A stretch of DNA of 41,018 bases from Octopus bimaculoides (GCF_001194135.2 NC_068981.1:73719289-73760306), one strand, 5' to 3'; shown: positions 1-10,500, counted from the first letter of the stretch. Notes: generated from the sequence alone by a model not told the origin. Made by a program: numbers and translations.

Positions 1-35
<35 letters not shown>
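1..35. repeat. (AT)n microsatellite
   Basis: Pure AT dinucleotide run. Confidence 0.98.
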
Positions 36-36
<1 letters not shown>

Positions 37-333
37 GACGGGCTTCTTTCAGTTTCCGTTTACCAAATCCATCCAGAAGGTGCCACGCAGTGAGGCTGAA
101 CCCTGAACCATATGGTTGGTAAGCATGCTACTTACCACACAGCTACTCCTGCGCCTATATGTATGTGTATGTGTGTGTATAACGGGCTTCTTTCAGATTC
201 CGTCAATCAAATCCACTCACAAGGCCTTGGTTGGCCCGAGGCTATAGTAGAAGACACTTGCCCAAGGTGCCACGAGGTTAGACTAAACCCTGGACCATGT
301 AGTTGAGAAGCAAGTTTCCTACCACATAGCTGT
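35..333 (-). mobile_element. Two adjacent partial copies of tRNA-derived SINE family B (35-156, 179-333)
   Basis: Both match the reverse complement of the head/body of the full copy at 7579-7983 (ggctgtgtggtaag...gtggcaccttgg...ggatttggtagacggaaactgaaagaagcccgtcg); the first has an internal deletion. Confidence 0.85.
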
Positions 334-413
334 ACGTATGTATTTACATACTATATACTTATATATATAATAATTAGAGCAATAATACTAGGATAGGATT
401 TATAAAAATTTAA

Positions 414-539
414 TACATCGCTACGCGCGTTTCCACAAATCATATGACATTGTATTCCGGGGATGATCACAGTATAGTCCGCAGTATCCGTGGGCATCCT
501 GTTGATCATCATCATTGATTCATTTCTTCAGGCGATATA
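414..539 (-). ncRNA. Candidate minimal type-I hammerhead ribozyme (Penelope-like)
   Basis: Minus strand: stem I UAUAUCGC (539-532) / GCGAUGUA (421-414); CUGAAGA (531-525); long stem II with about 14 bp at its base; GAAA (433-430); palindromic stem III ACGCGCGU; GUA cleavage triplet. The first pair of stem II is A.G rather than canonical. Confidence 0.55.
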
Positions 540-767
540 ACATTAGTGGATGTAACACAGACGGATGTTTCTCCCTTTTTACCAGTATAAAGGTCAAACG
601 AGTTTGACCTTGATAATTCGTTTGACCTTCATGCAGGTAAAAAAAGAGAAACATCCCTCTGTGGTATATCCACTAATGTTATATCGCCTGAAGAAATGAA
701 TCAATGATGATGATCAACCGGATACCAACGGATACTACGGACTACGCTGTAACCATCCCAGGAGTAC
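452..767. repeat. Fold-back inverted repeat, arms about 130 bp (452-583 / 636-767)
   Basis: Hand alignment gives about 15 mismatches, with a central block of about 50 bp perfectly complementary (gttgatcatcatcattgattcatttcttcaggcgatataacattagtggat). The loop holds a nested aaggtcaaac/gtttgacctt palindrome. Confidence 0.93.
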
Positions 768-789
768 GAGCTGTGATCTCAAACGTTAT

Positions 790-940
790 GCCTTTAGTCG
801 AGAAAATCGACCCCAGGACTTATTCTTTGGATGCCTAGTACGTATTCTATCGGTCTCTTTTGTCGAACCGCTAAGTTACGGGGACGTAAACACACCACCA
901 TCTGTTGTCAAGCGATGTTGGAGGAACAAACACAGACACA

Positions 941-988
<48 letters not shown>

Positions 989-1092
989 TATATATATACA
1001 TATATACGACAGGCTTCTTTCAGTTTCCGTCTACCAAATCTACTCACAAGGCTTTGGTCGGCCCGAGGCTATAGTAGAAGACACTTGCCCAC
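790..1092 (-). mobile_element. SINE family B, 5'-truncated, with internal (CA)n/(TA)n
   Basis: Reverse complement of the body and 3' part of the 7579-7983 copy. Confidence 0.88.
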
Positions 1093-1161
1093 TTGCATAT
1101 ACTCATACATACACACATATATACATATAAATATATCAACATATATATATATGCATATATA

Positions 1162-1198
<37 letters not shown>

Positions 1199-1489
1199 AC
1201 CAAATATGATGCATGGGTGGTAGACTGAAATAGAAGAGCATTGGACCAAATACTTTTTACTTTTTTTATTATGTCCCTTTACGTTAATGGAATTCAATTC
1301 GGTGTGTTGTGCTTGTGGCCAAAATATATTAAATTATTTCCCCGTTCAAGACAGTGGAGAAAAAGTGGCAACTCGAATGTCCGGCATCAAGTCTCTCTTT
1401 TCAAGTACACCAATGTCTTGTTAAAAGATGTCCCGTCTCTTCTCTCACTTTTCCCACCCGCACTATAGTGGCCTTAGCCCTTTGGATCT

Positions 1490-1670
1490 GACTAGCTGGC
1501 TGGTTAGCTGACTGGCTGTCTGATTGGCTGGTAGGTTATCTGGCTGGCTTGCTGGATGGATGGATGAAGGGAGGGAGGGAAGGAAGGAGGGATGTAGGGA
1601 GGGAGGGATGGAGGGAGGGTGGGATGCTAGTTCGTTGGTTGGCTAGTTGGTTGGTTGGTTGGTTGGTTGG
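1490..1670. repeat. Compound low-complexity tract (GGCT/GGAT/GGGA/GGTT)n
   Basis: Successive tetranucleotide arrays; ten GGG tracts between 1569 and 1623. Confidence 0.9.
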
Positions 1671-2062
1671 TATATTCGGGCTCTTCCGCAACTCTCCTCA
1701 CGTCATTCATATTATATCTACACTCATCCACAAGCCCAGGCTTAACCACAGCATCATTAAACCCCTTAGATGATTATCCTATAAGATTTTCTCACCGTAC
1801 ATGTTTTTTTTTTTCTTTCTGTGGCCGATTTACAAATGTTCATAGGCTAACTGCATCGGATCTCTCCGATTTCAGAGGGTATGCGACGGCAATGGGCAAT
1901 GATCCAAACACAAGACCAAAGAAATAAATGACAGCAGCTGTGTAACTGACTTGTCCTGTATTGTTCATCTAGCTGAAAATATAAAACCACTGCTGTAAGA
2001 AGAAGCAATCTGTAAAATTTACAAGTTGTTTCTTAGATGTTACTGTGGTAAAATATGCTAAG

Positions 2063-2452
2063 TGGAGACGCAATGGCCTAGTGGTTAGGGCAGCGGACTC
2101 GCGGTCATAGGATTGTGGTTTCGATTCCCAGACCGGGCGTTGTGAGTGTTTATTGAGCGAAAACACCTAAAGCTCCACGAGGCTCCGGCAGGGGATGGTG
2201 GCGAACCCTGCTGTACTCTTTCACCACAACTTTTTCTCACTCTTACTTCCTGTTTCTGTTGTGCCTGTAATTCAAAGGGTCAGTCTTGTCACACTGTGTC
2301 ATGCTGAATATCCCCGAGAACTACGTTAAGGGTACACGTGTCTGTGGAGTGCTCAGTCATTTGCACGTTAATTTCCCGAGCAGGCTGTTCCATTTATCGG
2401 ATCAACTGGAACCCTCGACGTCGTAAGCGACGGAGTGCCAACAACAACAACA
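2063..2452 (+). mobile_element. Full-length tRNA-derived SINE family C (head + module X + tail P + (AAC)n) with 21-bp TSD
   Basis: A-box-like tggcctagtggttagg and B-box-like gtttcgattcc; identical flanks actgtggtaaaatatgctaag at 2042-2062 and 2453-2473; homologous copies at 15039 and 37363. Confidence 0.93.
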
Positions 2453-2784
2453 ACTGTGGTAAAATATGCTAAGGTCGTAGCTTGGCATGCTAAAGTAATT
2501 TGATACATTACATGAGAATGGCGACATTAATAGAGATCATATGACCTAAAGGAGTTACATGGCTTGCTTGATATATTGGTAAATGACAAAGACGAAAGAC
2601 AAAAATATGAAAAGTAAACAACTGCTCAGAGAAAACTGAGGCATCTCCAGTGAAACAATCAATAAGTCAATATTTGTTGTATAAGCTGTTTTCTAGGACG
2701 TTTCTGTTGAAAGAAAAGAAGATATAATATTAAATATAAATATATGACAGCATATACTCCATATGGTTATTATAAGGACATAAC

Positions 2785-2995
2785 TATAGGTATATATAAG
2801 CCTTTTTGAAATCTTGTAGGAGGGCGGCTAGTCGATTACATCGACCGCAGGGCTCGACTGCTATCCTTTCCATCAACTTCGAAAGGATGAAAGGCAATGT
2901 CGACCTTGACGGAATTTGAACTCAGAACGTAAAGACGATCGAAATGCCGCTAAGCATTTTGTCCGGCGTGCTAACGTTTCTGCCAGCTCGCCACT
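2785..2995 (-). mobile_element. SINE family A
   Basis: Reverse complement of the 29921-30134 copy (ggcgagctggcagaaacgttagcacgccgg...gagttcaaattcc...gcctttcatcctttcg). Confidence 0.88.
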
Positions 2996-3010
2996 TTCAT
3001 AAAGATACCT

Positions 3011-3074
<64 letters not shown>

Positions 3075-3080
3075 CAAACA

Positions 3081-4320
3081 CATGGTTGTTGTCTACTCCT
3101 TATGCAGAGTTTGATTACCTCCTGTACCTACACCTTAGTACCATCATGGCATCTGACGTGACTTTTTAAACCAGACAATGTTCTGAAAAGACACCCACAT
3201 AGATTGCACCTCCGATTTGGACCATCAAGAGCTGCAGATAAGTTCTGCTCTTTGTGGATCTTAAAATGTCTCTTGAGACCTCCGTTGGATTTGCAAACCT
3301 TCTGGCATACATTGCATTCAAAGGTGTGCACAGACATTTAGGCAGAATGGTTGGCAGAGGGTTGTTTTCCATGCGGTTGCAGATGACATTTGAGGCCAGC
3401 AAGAGACAGGCATGGTCTGTCACAGGCTGTGCACACAAAATGGTCATTGTCAGTCACCTCCTCGATCGTTACATTCTTCCTTAGATATCTTTTGAGTCTT
3501 GTGTTATCCTGGCCTCTGCAAATGCTTTCACTCCACTCCACACATTTGTTCGCCGTCCACCTCGATCCGAAGCAAGGGTTTCTATATCTTCTGGAACCAT
3601 TGCCAATGAATTCATAGTAGTCCTTACGTCGTCCTTAAACCTTTTAAGGTTTATGCCGATAGCGTTTCCCTTCTGCAAGCTCTCCATAAAACAACTGTTT
3701 CGGCATGCGTTCATCTGCCATTCGAAAATATGGCAATACCATCTCAATCGGTTTCTCAAAATCATAGCTCTAATTGAGGTAATGCCTGCAGATGCAACGA
3801 CATCTGTGTTTGGAGTAAAAGAACTCCATTTAATTTTTTAAATGCGATGAAGGCATTTTTCTGCTAGAATCGTTCCAACAATTTAAAATGCCTTTCATAA
3901 CAAATCCAAGTTTCACAGAAATACAACAGGGATGGTAAGACAAATGATTTGTAAAGATCCAGCTTTGTATTCTTATTTATATGTCGCTGGCACCAAACAC
4001 GTGACTCCAACCCACCAAATGATTTTGCTGCCCTTTAAATTCGCAGCTATATTTCTGTATCAAGATTTCCATCATCTTGAACAGAGCTTCCAAGGTAGAC
4101 GAGCGAATCTCAAGTAACTTTCCCTCAACAGTAATTTTAGTGGGATTACAAACAGCACCATACGCAGGTTGATGCATTACAACTGTTTTTTTTTTCAAGT
4201 TGATAATCAAGTCAAAGTAAACACAAGCCGAGTCAAATGGAGATACAAGAGATTACAGGCCTGTTTCAGAATGCCTGACAAGATCGCAATCGTCAGAGTA
4301 CAAAAGTTCCCTAATGAGTA
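3081..4320 (-). mobile_element. 5'-truncated, decayed RTE-clade LINE (RT motif C to 3' UTR) with three C-terminal C2H2 fingers
   Basis: Minus translation LIRELLYSDDCDLV (YADD box variant) then INLKKKTVVMHQPA; stops and frameshifts; C-x2-C-x12-H-x3-H x3 in ORFs 3338-3541 and 3128-3337; 3' UTR shared with 38395-38764. Confidence 0.88.
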
Positions 4321-4344
4321 AAGTAAAAAACCTTCGTTTTGAAT

Positions 4345-5050
4345 TTCGTTTTGAATTTCAGATTAAAGATATTCCCTGTTGTTCGATATTTTATGTAAAT
4401 ACCCTCCTCAGAGCTTTGCATAAATGAGTACAGGACGTCACCAACAGTAAACAACATGAAATACGAAGACAAATGCGTTCAATACGCAAACAACGAGAGA
4501 GATAGATGGAAAACAGGACAATTAGCACAAAAACGACCCTTCATCAGTTGTCAGCTGTCTATCTACTCTTCATTATGAGTTTTCGAAGACAGTTGCACCA
4601 ATAAGTACCAAAGTAAAATTTAGGATTTATGGAGGATCAAAGTTGGGAACAAAAAACCACAGTGGACACATAGAAGGAAACTGAACGAAAACAAACATGG
4701 AGGGTAGTTAGACCAAAACGAGGGTAAAATAGCGAACGCTAGAGAAATCTTTTCTTTCAAAAGAGAAAAGATAGAATAGAGAGATAGAACAAGTAGAGTC
4801 GTTAGGACTGAAGGAAAAAAAAAGATGATCAAGTGAGGAAAGGAAAGATGGACAATGGTCAGATGTGAGCAACGAGAGAAAGAAAAAGAGAAAGAGGAGG
4901 AGAGAGACAGATAGAAAACGGTGAAGGAGAGAAAAAGGGAATTAGAGAGACGGTTAGGCGAGAAAACAGTATAGAGTAGAGTCGCATCAAAAAGATTAAG
5001 ATAAACTTACTTAGAAATGGCAATATAAATAAATAATAATCAAATAGTAA
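4345..5050. repeat. Unclassified purine-rich interspersed repeat with inverted partial copy at 5124-5178
   Basis: 4699-4738 and 4617-4635 are reverse-complemented at 5124-5178 (gttcactattttaccctcgttctggtctaacgaccctccgtaaatccaaaatt). Family identity not established. Confidence 0.45.
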
Positions 5051-5054
5051 TATA

Positions 5055-5061
<7 letters not shown>

Positions 5062-5104
<43 letters not shown>
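5062..5104. repeat. (TA)n microsatellite
   Basis: Direct reading. Confidence 0.97.
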
Positions 5105-5106
<2 letters not shown>

Positions 5107-5497
5107 CTATGCATACAGGACTCAGTGTTCACTATTTTACCCTCGTTCTGGTCTAACGACCCTCCGTAAATCCAAAATTATGTTTCAATACAGTTAAGGT
5201 TGCGTCTTCTTCCTGATTTCGATATTGGAACGAATATTTCAGCTTAGCTCAGGACGTCTGGAGTTATTCGTTACTGAAGCGACAAAATCAGGTCAAATCA
5301 CCATGTTTGACGATCCGCCCACGACATTCTGAACGAATCTATTTCTTTTTCTAGGTTTTTTTTTTCAGTGGGGTTTTCAACACATTTTTTTCAAAAGTCC
5401 TTCTGATTTAAGATATCACAGGTAGCACATTATAGATATTATACACGTTAATTTAATCTAATGTAGTTCCAAGTGCATTATGTGTATGTGTGTGTGT

Positions 5498-5544
<47 letters not shown>

Positions 5545-6357
5545 AGAAAGATATAGGAATGTATGTGCGTGTATGTGTTTGCTCAAGCTTTCCGCAACTG
5601 TTTATAGGCCTAAAATACAATGCTGCACTAAATGATTAGTCAAAATATAGATCGAAAAAGTGATGTCAAGATTATTGACAAAAATATACTTCAAGTCAAT
5701 GCTACAATCTTTTGATTGGGAAGAATAGATATTAATAAAAATAATTGCATAAGCAACTCCTACTTTATCTAATGTATTGACGTTGTTTTGAAATAGATAT
5801 AAACAATTTGTTNNNNNNNNNNNNNNNNNNNNNNNNNNNNNNNNNNNNNNNNNNNNNNNNNNNNNNNNNNNNNNNNNNNNNNNNNNNNNNNNNNNNNNNN
5901 NNNNNNNNNNNNNNNNNNNNNNNNNNNNNNNNNNNNNNNNNNNNNNNNNNNNNNNNNNNNNNNNNNNNNNNNNNNNNNNNNNNNNNNNNNNNNNNNNNNN
6001 NNNNNNNNNNNNNNNNNNNNNNNNNNNNNNNNNNNNNNNNNNNNNNNNNNNNNNNNNNNNNNNNNNNNNNNNNNNNNNNNNNNNNNNNNNNNNNNNNNNN
6101 NNNNNNNNNNNNNNNNNNNNNNNNNNNNNNNNNNNNNNNNNNNNNNNNNNNNNNNNNNNNNNNNNNNNNNNNNNNNNNNNNNNNNNNNNNNNNNNNNNNN
6201 NNNNNNNNNNNNNNNNNNNNNNNNNNNNNNNNNNNNNNNNNNNNNNNNNNNNNNNNNNNNNNNNNNNNNNNNNNNNNNNNNNNNNNNNNNNNNNNNNNNN
6301 NNNNNNNNNNNNNNNNNNNNNNNNNNNNNNNNNNNNNNNNNNNNNNNNNNNNNNNNN

Positions 6358-6401
<44 letters not shown>

Positions 6402-6415
6402 TGTGTCTGTCTGTG
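6358..6415. repeat. (TG)n microsatellite at gap edge
   Basis: Direct reading. Confidence 0.97.
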
Positions 6416-6482
6416 TCCGTGTGTACGTGCGCGCGCTGAATAAACAAAAAGCGTCAGTCCAATTGTTTTATACTTTAATTAC

Positions 6483-6686
6483 GAAAAGTTCCTGGCTTTG
6501 GCTAAAAGAAAATACAGGAGGATCTGTTAATTATGATTTTATTCATCATATTACCCTCTCAGATTCACACACTTATTGCAAGTGGTCGTTCAGTTTTTCT
6601 TAGCCCCATAAAAGGACTTGAAAGGTTACGCCTCTAGCCAGGCCTTTCGCAAAACTCTTATGGCCATGAGCTTTTCTACACTCCCT
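6483..6686. mobile_element. Mariner-type MITE (about 200 bp)
   Basis: Degenerate terminal inverted repeats gaaaagttcctggcttt (6483) versus tatggccatgagcttttc (6659-6676); no ORF. Confidence 0.55.
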
Positions 6687-6847
6687 CTGAACAAAAAATG
6701 TTCATGACATGTAAACGTCTTATTTATCTGTCACATGTTCTAGAGAGACGATAAGCCTGCTCAAGTTACGACCAATAAAACTTTCACGAAACTGTCCATC
6801 ATCTCTCGAGCTTTTGTAAAGTCGTTGAGAGTCAATGTAAATGAATA

Positions 6848-7064
6848 CTCCTTGCTACTCTAGGCACAAGGCCCGAAATTATGGGGGAAGGGGGCCAGTC
6901 GATTAGATCGACTCCAGTACGCAACTGGTACTTAATTCATCGACCCCGAAAGGATGAAAGGCAAAGTCAACCTCAGCGGAATTTGAACTCAAAACATAAA
7001 GACAGACGAAATACCGCTAAGCATTTCGCCCGGCAAGCTAACACTTCCGCCAGCTCGCCACCTT
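6848..7064 (-). mobile_element. SINE family A with 14-bp TSD
   Basis: Flanks aatgtaaatgaata at 6834-6847 and 7065-7078; body matches the other A copies. Confidence 0.92.
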
Positions 7065-7578
7065 AATGTAAATGAATATCAATAAACTAAAGTGGTATCA
7101 AGGGTCGCTGTTCATTTTATTTTTACATCTTTTAGTCAAGAAGGTCCTCCTACATTAATGAATAGATTAGTATTCTCGAACAGGATATCTGGCCCGAGTG
7201 TAGGGGGCTGCACTAAAGGCCACTGAGATAACACATGCTGTTGCTAAACAGGATGCCCATTTAAGTGTACCTCTCATGTAGGTTACGGCAGGATTTGAAC
7301 TCAGAATACTTCCCTTTCCGATATTCTTACAGTTCTGTCAATCCATCGCTTTGTTTTAGTACTTTTTTCACTGGCCCCGAATTATTGAAAGGCAAAGGTG
7401 ACCTCGATGGTATTTGATCTCGCTCATACGTATGAACGAAGATTTCCCTCTCAGCTGGTTCCTTTCAAGGTTTTCTATCTTTATTTCTTCTTTAAAGTCA
7501 ACCGTGTAATAAACTAATAAACAGTTTGTAAATCTTTCACTATAAAATATTCTGCAATAGATATATACATATATATAC

Positions 7579-7983
7579 GCGCAGGCGAGGCTGTGTGGTA
7601 ATAAGCTTTCTTTCAAACTACCTGGTTCCAGGTTCAGTCCCACTGCGTGGCACCTTGGACAACTGTCTTCTATTATAGCTTCGGTCCGACCAAAGCCTTG
7701 TGAGTGAATTTGGTAGACTGAAACTGAAAGAAGCCCGTCGTATATATGTATGTATATATCTATGTGTGTGTATGTTTCTTTGCGTCTGTGTTTGTCTCCC
7801 ACCACCACTTGACAACCGGTGGTGGTGTTTACGTCCCCGTAACTTAGTGGTTCGACACAAGATCCCGATAGAGCAAGTATCAAGATTTACAAAGCAAGTA
7901 CTGAGATCGATACATTCGACTAAAATTTCAAGGCAGTGCTCCAGCATCGCCGCAGTCAAATGACTTAAACAAATAAAAGATAG
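7579..7983 (+). mobile_element. Near full-length SINE family B (tRNA-like head, internal TA/TG microsatellite, long 3' part)
   Basis: gcgcagg..ggctgtgtggtaa head, ggttcagtccc B-box-like motif; about ten homologous copies in the window. Confidence 0.9.
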
Positions 7984-7997
7984 ATGTATATATATAT

Positions 7998-8160
7998 TCT
8001 TTTATCATTTTACTTGTTTCTGTCATTTGACTGCCGCGACCCTTGGACTTATTGTTTTGTAAGCCTAGTCCTTATCCTATCGATCTCTTTTGCCGAACCG
8101 CTTTGTTATGGGGATGTAAACACACCAGCGTCGTTGTCAAGCGACACAGACACACAAATG
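7998..8160 (-). mobile_element. SINE family B 3' part, inverted relative to the preceding copy
   Basis: tcttttgccgaaccgct..tacggggatgtaaacacaccagcgtcgttgtcaagc is the reverse complement of the 7800-7980 region. Confidence 0.82.
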
Positions 8161-8163
8161 CAT

Positions 8164-9427
8164 GTAATTTCGTTTTTCGCAACTAGAGAGTTACGATTTT
8201 TTAATGACTTTTGTCAACGTTATGATTTTTCCATTTTTGACATTTGATAGCCGTTACCTTTATCTTACTTTAGAAGTAAATTGCGCATAATTTTGTTTAC
8301 AATTGTTAGTTCAGTATCAGTTTTAACATGGAGTGCAAAAACGAATATTTTCGCCATATTTTAACTTTTTATTTCCATACAGGCAAGAAAGTGGCTGAGG
8401 CTCACAAAGAAATATGTGAAGTTTATGGTGTTGATTGCACACGTCAGAAATGGTTTTAAAATGTCCGTTCTGGAGATTTTTCACGCAAAGATGACCAACG
8501 TTCTGGTCGACCTACTGAAGCTGATGATGACTGAATCAAAGCCATAATTGAATTTGATTGTCATATAGCTGTGCGAGATATTCCAGAGAGATTAAATCTA
8601 TCACACACAACAATTGAAAATCGCTCGTTAAGAAGCTGGATATTTGGGTTCTACATAAATTGAAAGAAATACACATAATACAACGAATCAATATTTGCAA
8701 TATGCATCTCAAACGCAATGAAATCGACCCTTTTTTAAACGAATCATCCCTGGTGATGAAAAATGGATACAATAACATCAATCGAAAACGATCATGGTCC
8801 AAGTGTAATGAACCAGCACAAACCACATCGAAAGACGAATTGCATCAAAAACAAGGTCATGGCGTCAATTTGGTGGGATTACAAAGCTGCTGTGTATTTT
8901 GTGCTGCTTCCGAGAAACAAACGATCAATTCAGATATTTACTGTCAACAACTAATGAAAGTGGAGGAAGCAATCAAAGGAAAACAGCCAGAATTGGCAAA
9001 TCGTAAAGGAATCGCCTTCCACCATGACAACTCTAGACCACACACGTCTTTGCTGGCGCGTGAAAAATTATTGGAGCTTGACTGAGACGTGATGTCACAT
9101 CCACTATATAGCCCTGATTTTGCACCATTAGATTACCATTTATTTCAAAGTTTGCAAAATTCTTTAAATGGTAAAACTTTCAATAATGAAATCGCACTGA
9201 CATCGCCTTTGAAATCGCCTGGAATCGTACTGAAATCGCATTTGCTTCAGTTTTTTGCTGATAAGGGGCAGAAGTTCTATGAGCCCGGAATTATGAAGTT
9301 GCTAGAAAGATGGCAAAAGATGATCAAACAAAATGGAAAATATATAATTGTTTAAAGTTCATTCCTTGTATGAAAAAAAATGACTTTTATTTCATACTAA
9401 AAAACCGAAATTACTTTCTTTCCAATA
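8164..9427 (+). mobile_element. Mariner (Tc1/mariner, D,D34D) transposon, mellifera-subfamily-like
   Basis: Partial 5' TIR gtaatttcgttttt (8164) matches the 3' TIR aaaaaccgaaattactttc...ccaa followed by TA; transposase relic inside. Confidence 0.92.
8328..9355 (+). pseudogene. Mariner transposase pseudogene
   Basis: MECKNEYFRHILTFYF start; GDEKW, HHDNSRPH and YSPDFAPLDY motifs; 34 residues between the 2nd and 3rd Asp (counted by hand); frameshifts and an in-frame TGA at the conserved W. Confidence 0.93.
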
Positions 9428-9519
9428 TGTATGAATGTATGCATTATATGTGACCCAACGGCCATCCCAGAAATAGTGAGAGGCGAAAAGAGAACGGATA
9501 TATGATATATGGTAAATAT

Positions 9520-9546
9520 ATGTGTGTGTATGTGTGCGTGTGAATG

Positions 9547-9625
<79 letters not shown>
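9520..9625. repeat. (TG)n microsatellite
   Basis: Direct reading. Confidence 0.97.
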
Positions 9626-9884
9626 CCAGTAAATAGTAACTATATCAGGAGTGGATCAATGTTTCATTAAGAATAGTAATATGAGAGATAAGATAAATAT
9701 CGGTGAGAATAATATTCAAATAGATATTGACTTATTTTTCGACGAGGCGGACATTGTCAGTTCTTGTAGTTTATCAGAAAAAGTTGTAACTACGTGATTA
9801 TCTTTTATCGTTATCTAGGCCAAACAGCAGATGTTGTGGAATAAGGTACTATTATGTTTGGTTTATGAATCAAATTACACAACT

Positions 9885-9918
<34 letters not shown>

Positions 9919-10199
9919 GCGCATATACACACAGATATTCATACATACGTACTCATATGCACTAGATTTCTGAAGGTAGGAATACATTATACTGAAATGT
10001 CACCAGTTAATTAACAATTAAATGGGTGAAAGCATATTTAATGCTTAGAACATTAAAAAGCCAAAGTACAATCAGATATGCGCTAAGAGAAAACAAAATA
10101 TACGTTCATGACAAGAATAATTCAAATTGTCATTAGTTGTTTTACTTTATGTCAACAACACTATCTTGACGTACGTCTATTTAGGGACTCTTTCTCTTA

Positions 10200-10500
10200 T
10201 TCTGGTGACACATGTTTCAATGACATTGATTGTGGTAACATTTGCTGACGCTCCGCCGTCAGAAGACATACGAAACTTTTGCAGTCCGCATAGATAAAGG
10301 GGAAAACATTTACAACTGCATTTTGTGTGCCAAAGGCAGAGAGAGTCTGAAACATTCGCTCACTAATTTCGACTTCACAGACGACATCGCACTTGTCTCG
10401 CATGCAATCACAAATGCTCAAGGTCTCCCCTCATGGAGTCAGCTGCCATTGAAGATGGTCTTTCCATAAACCGCTCGAAGACGAAGAGCATTATCATTTG
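10200..10500 (+). mobile_element. Highly decayed RTE-type reverse transcriptase fragment
   Basis: ORF 10242-10469 contains LTNFDFTDDIALVSH, matching the RTE L.DLDFADDIALLS box. Confidence 0.7.

Noticed and set aside
2063-2135. tRNA-like sequences at SINE heads (also 15039, 16100, 16399, 29921)
   Set aside because: They continue into SINE bodies, lack a closed acceptor stem and have TSDs or tails; these are SINEs, not tRNA genes.
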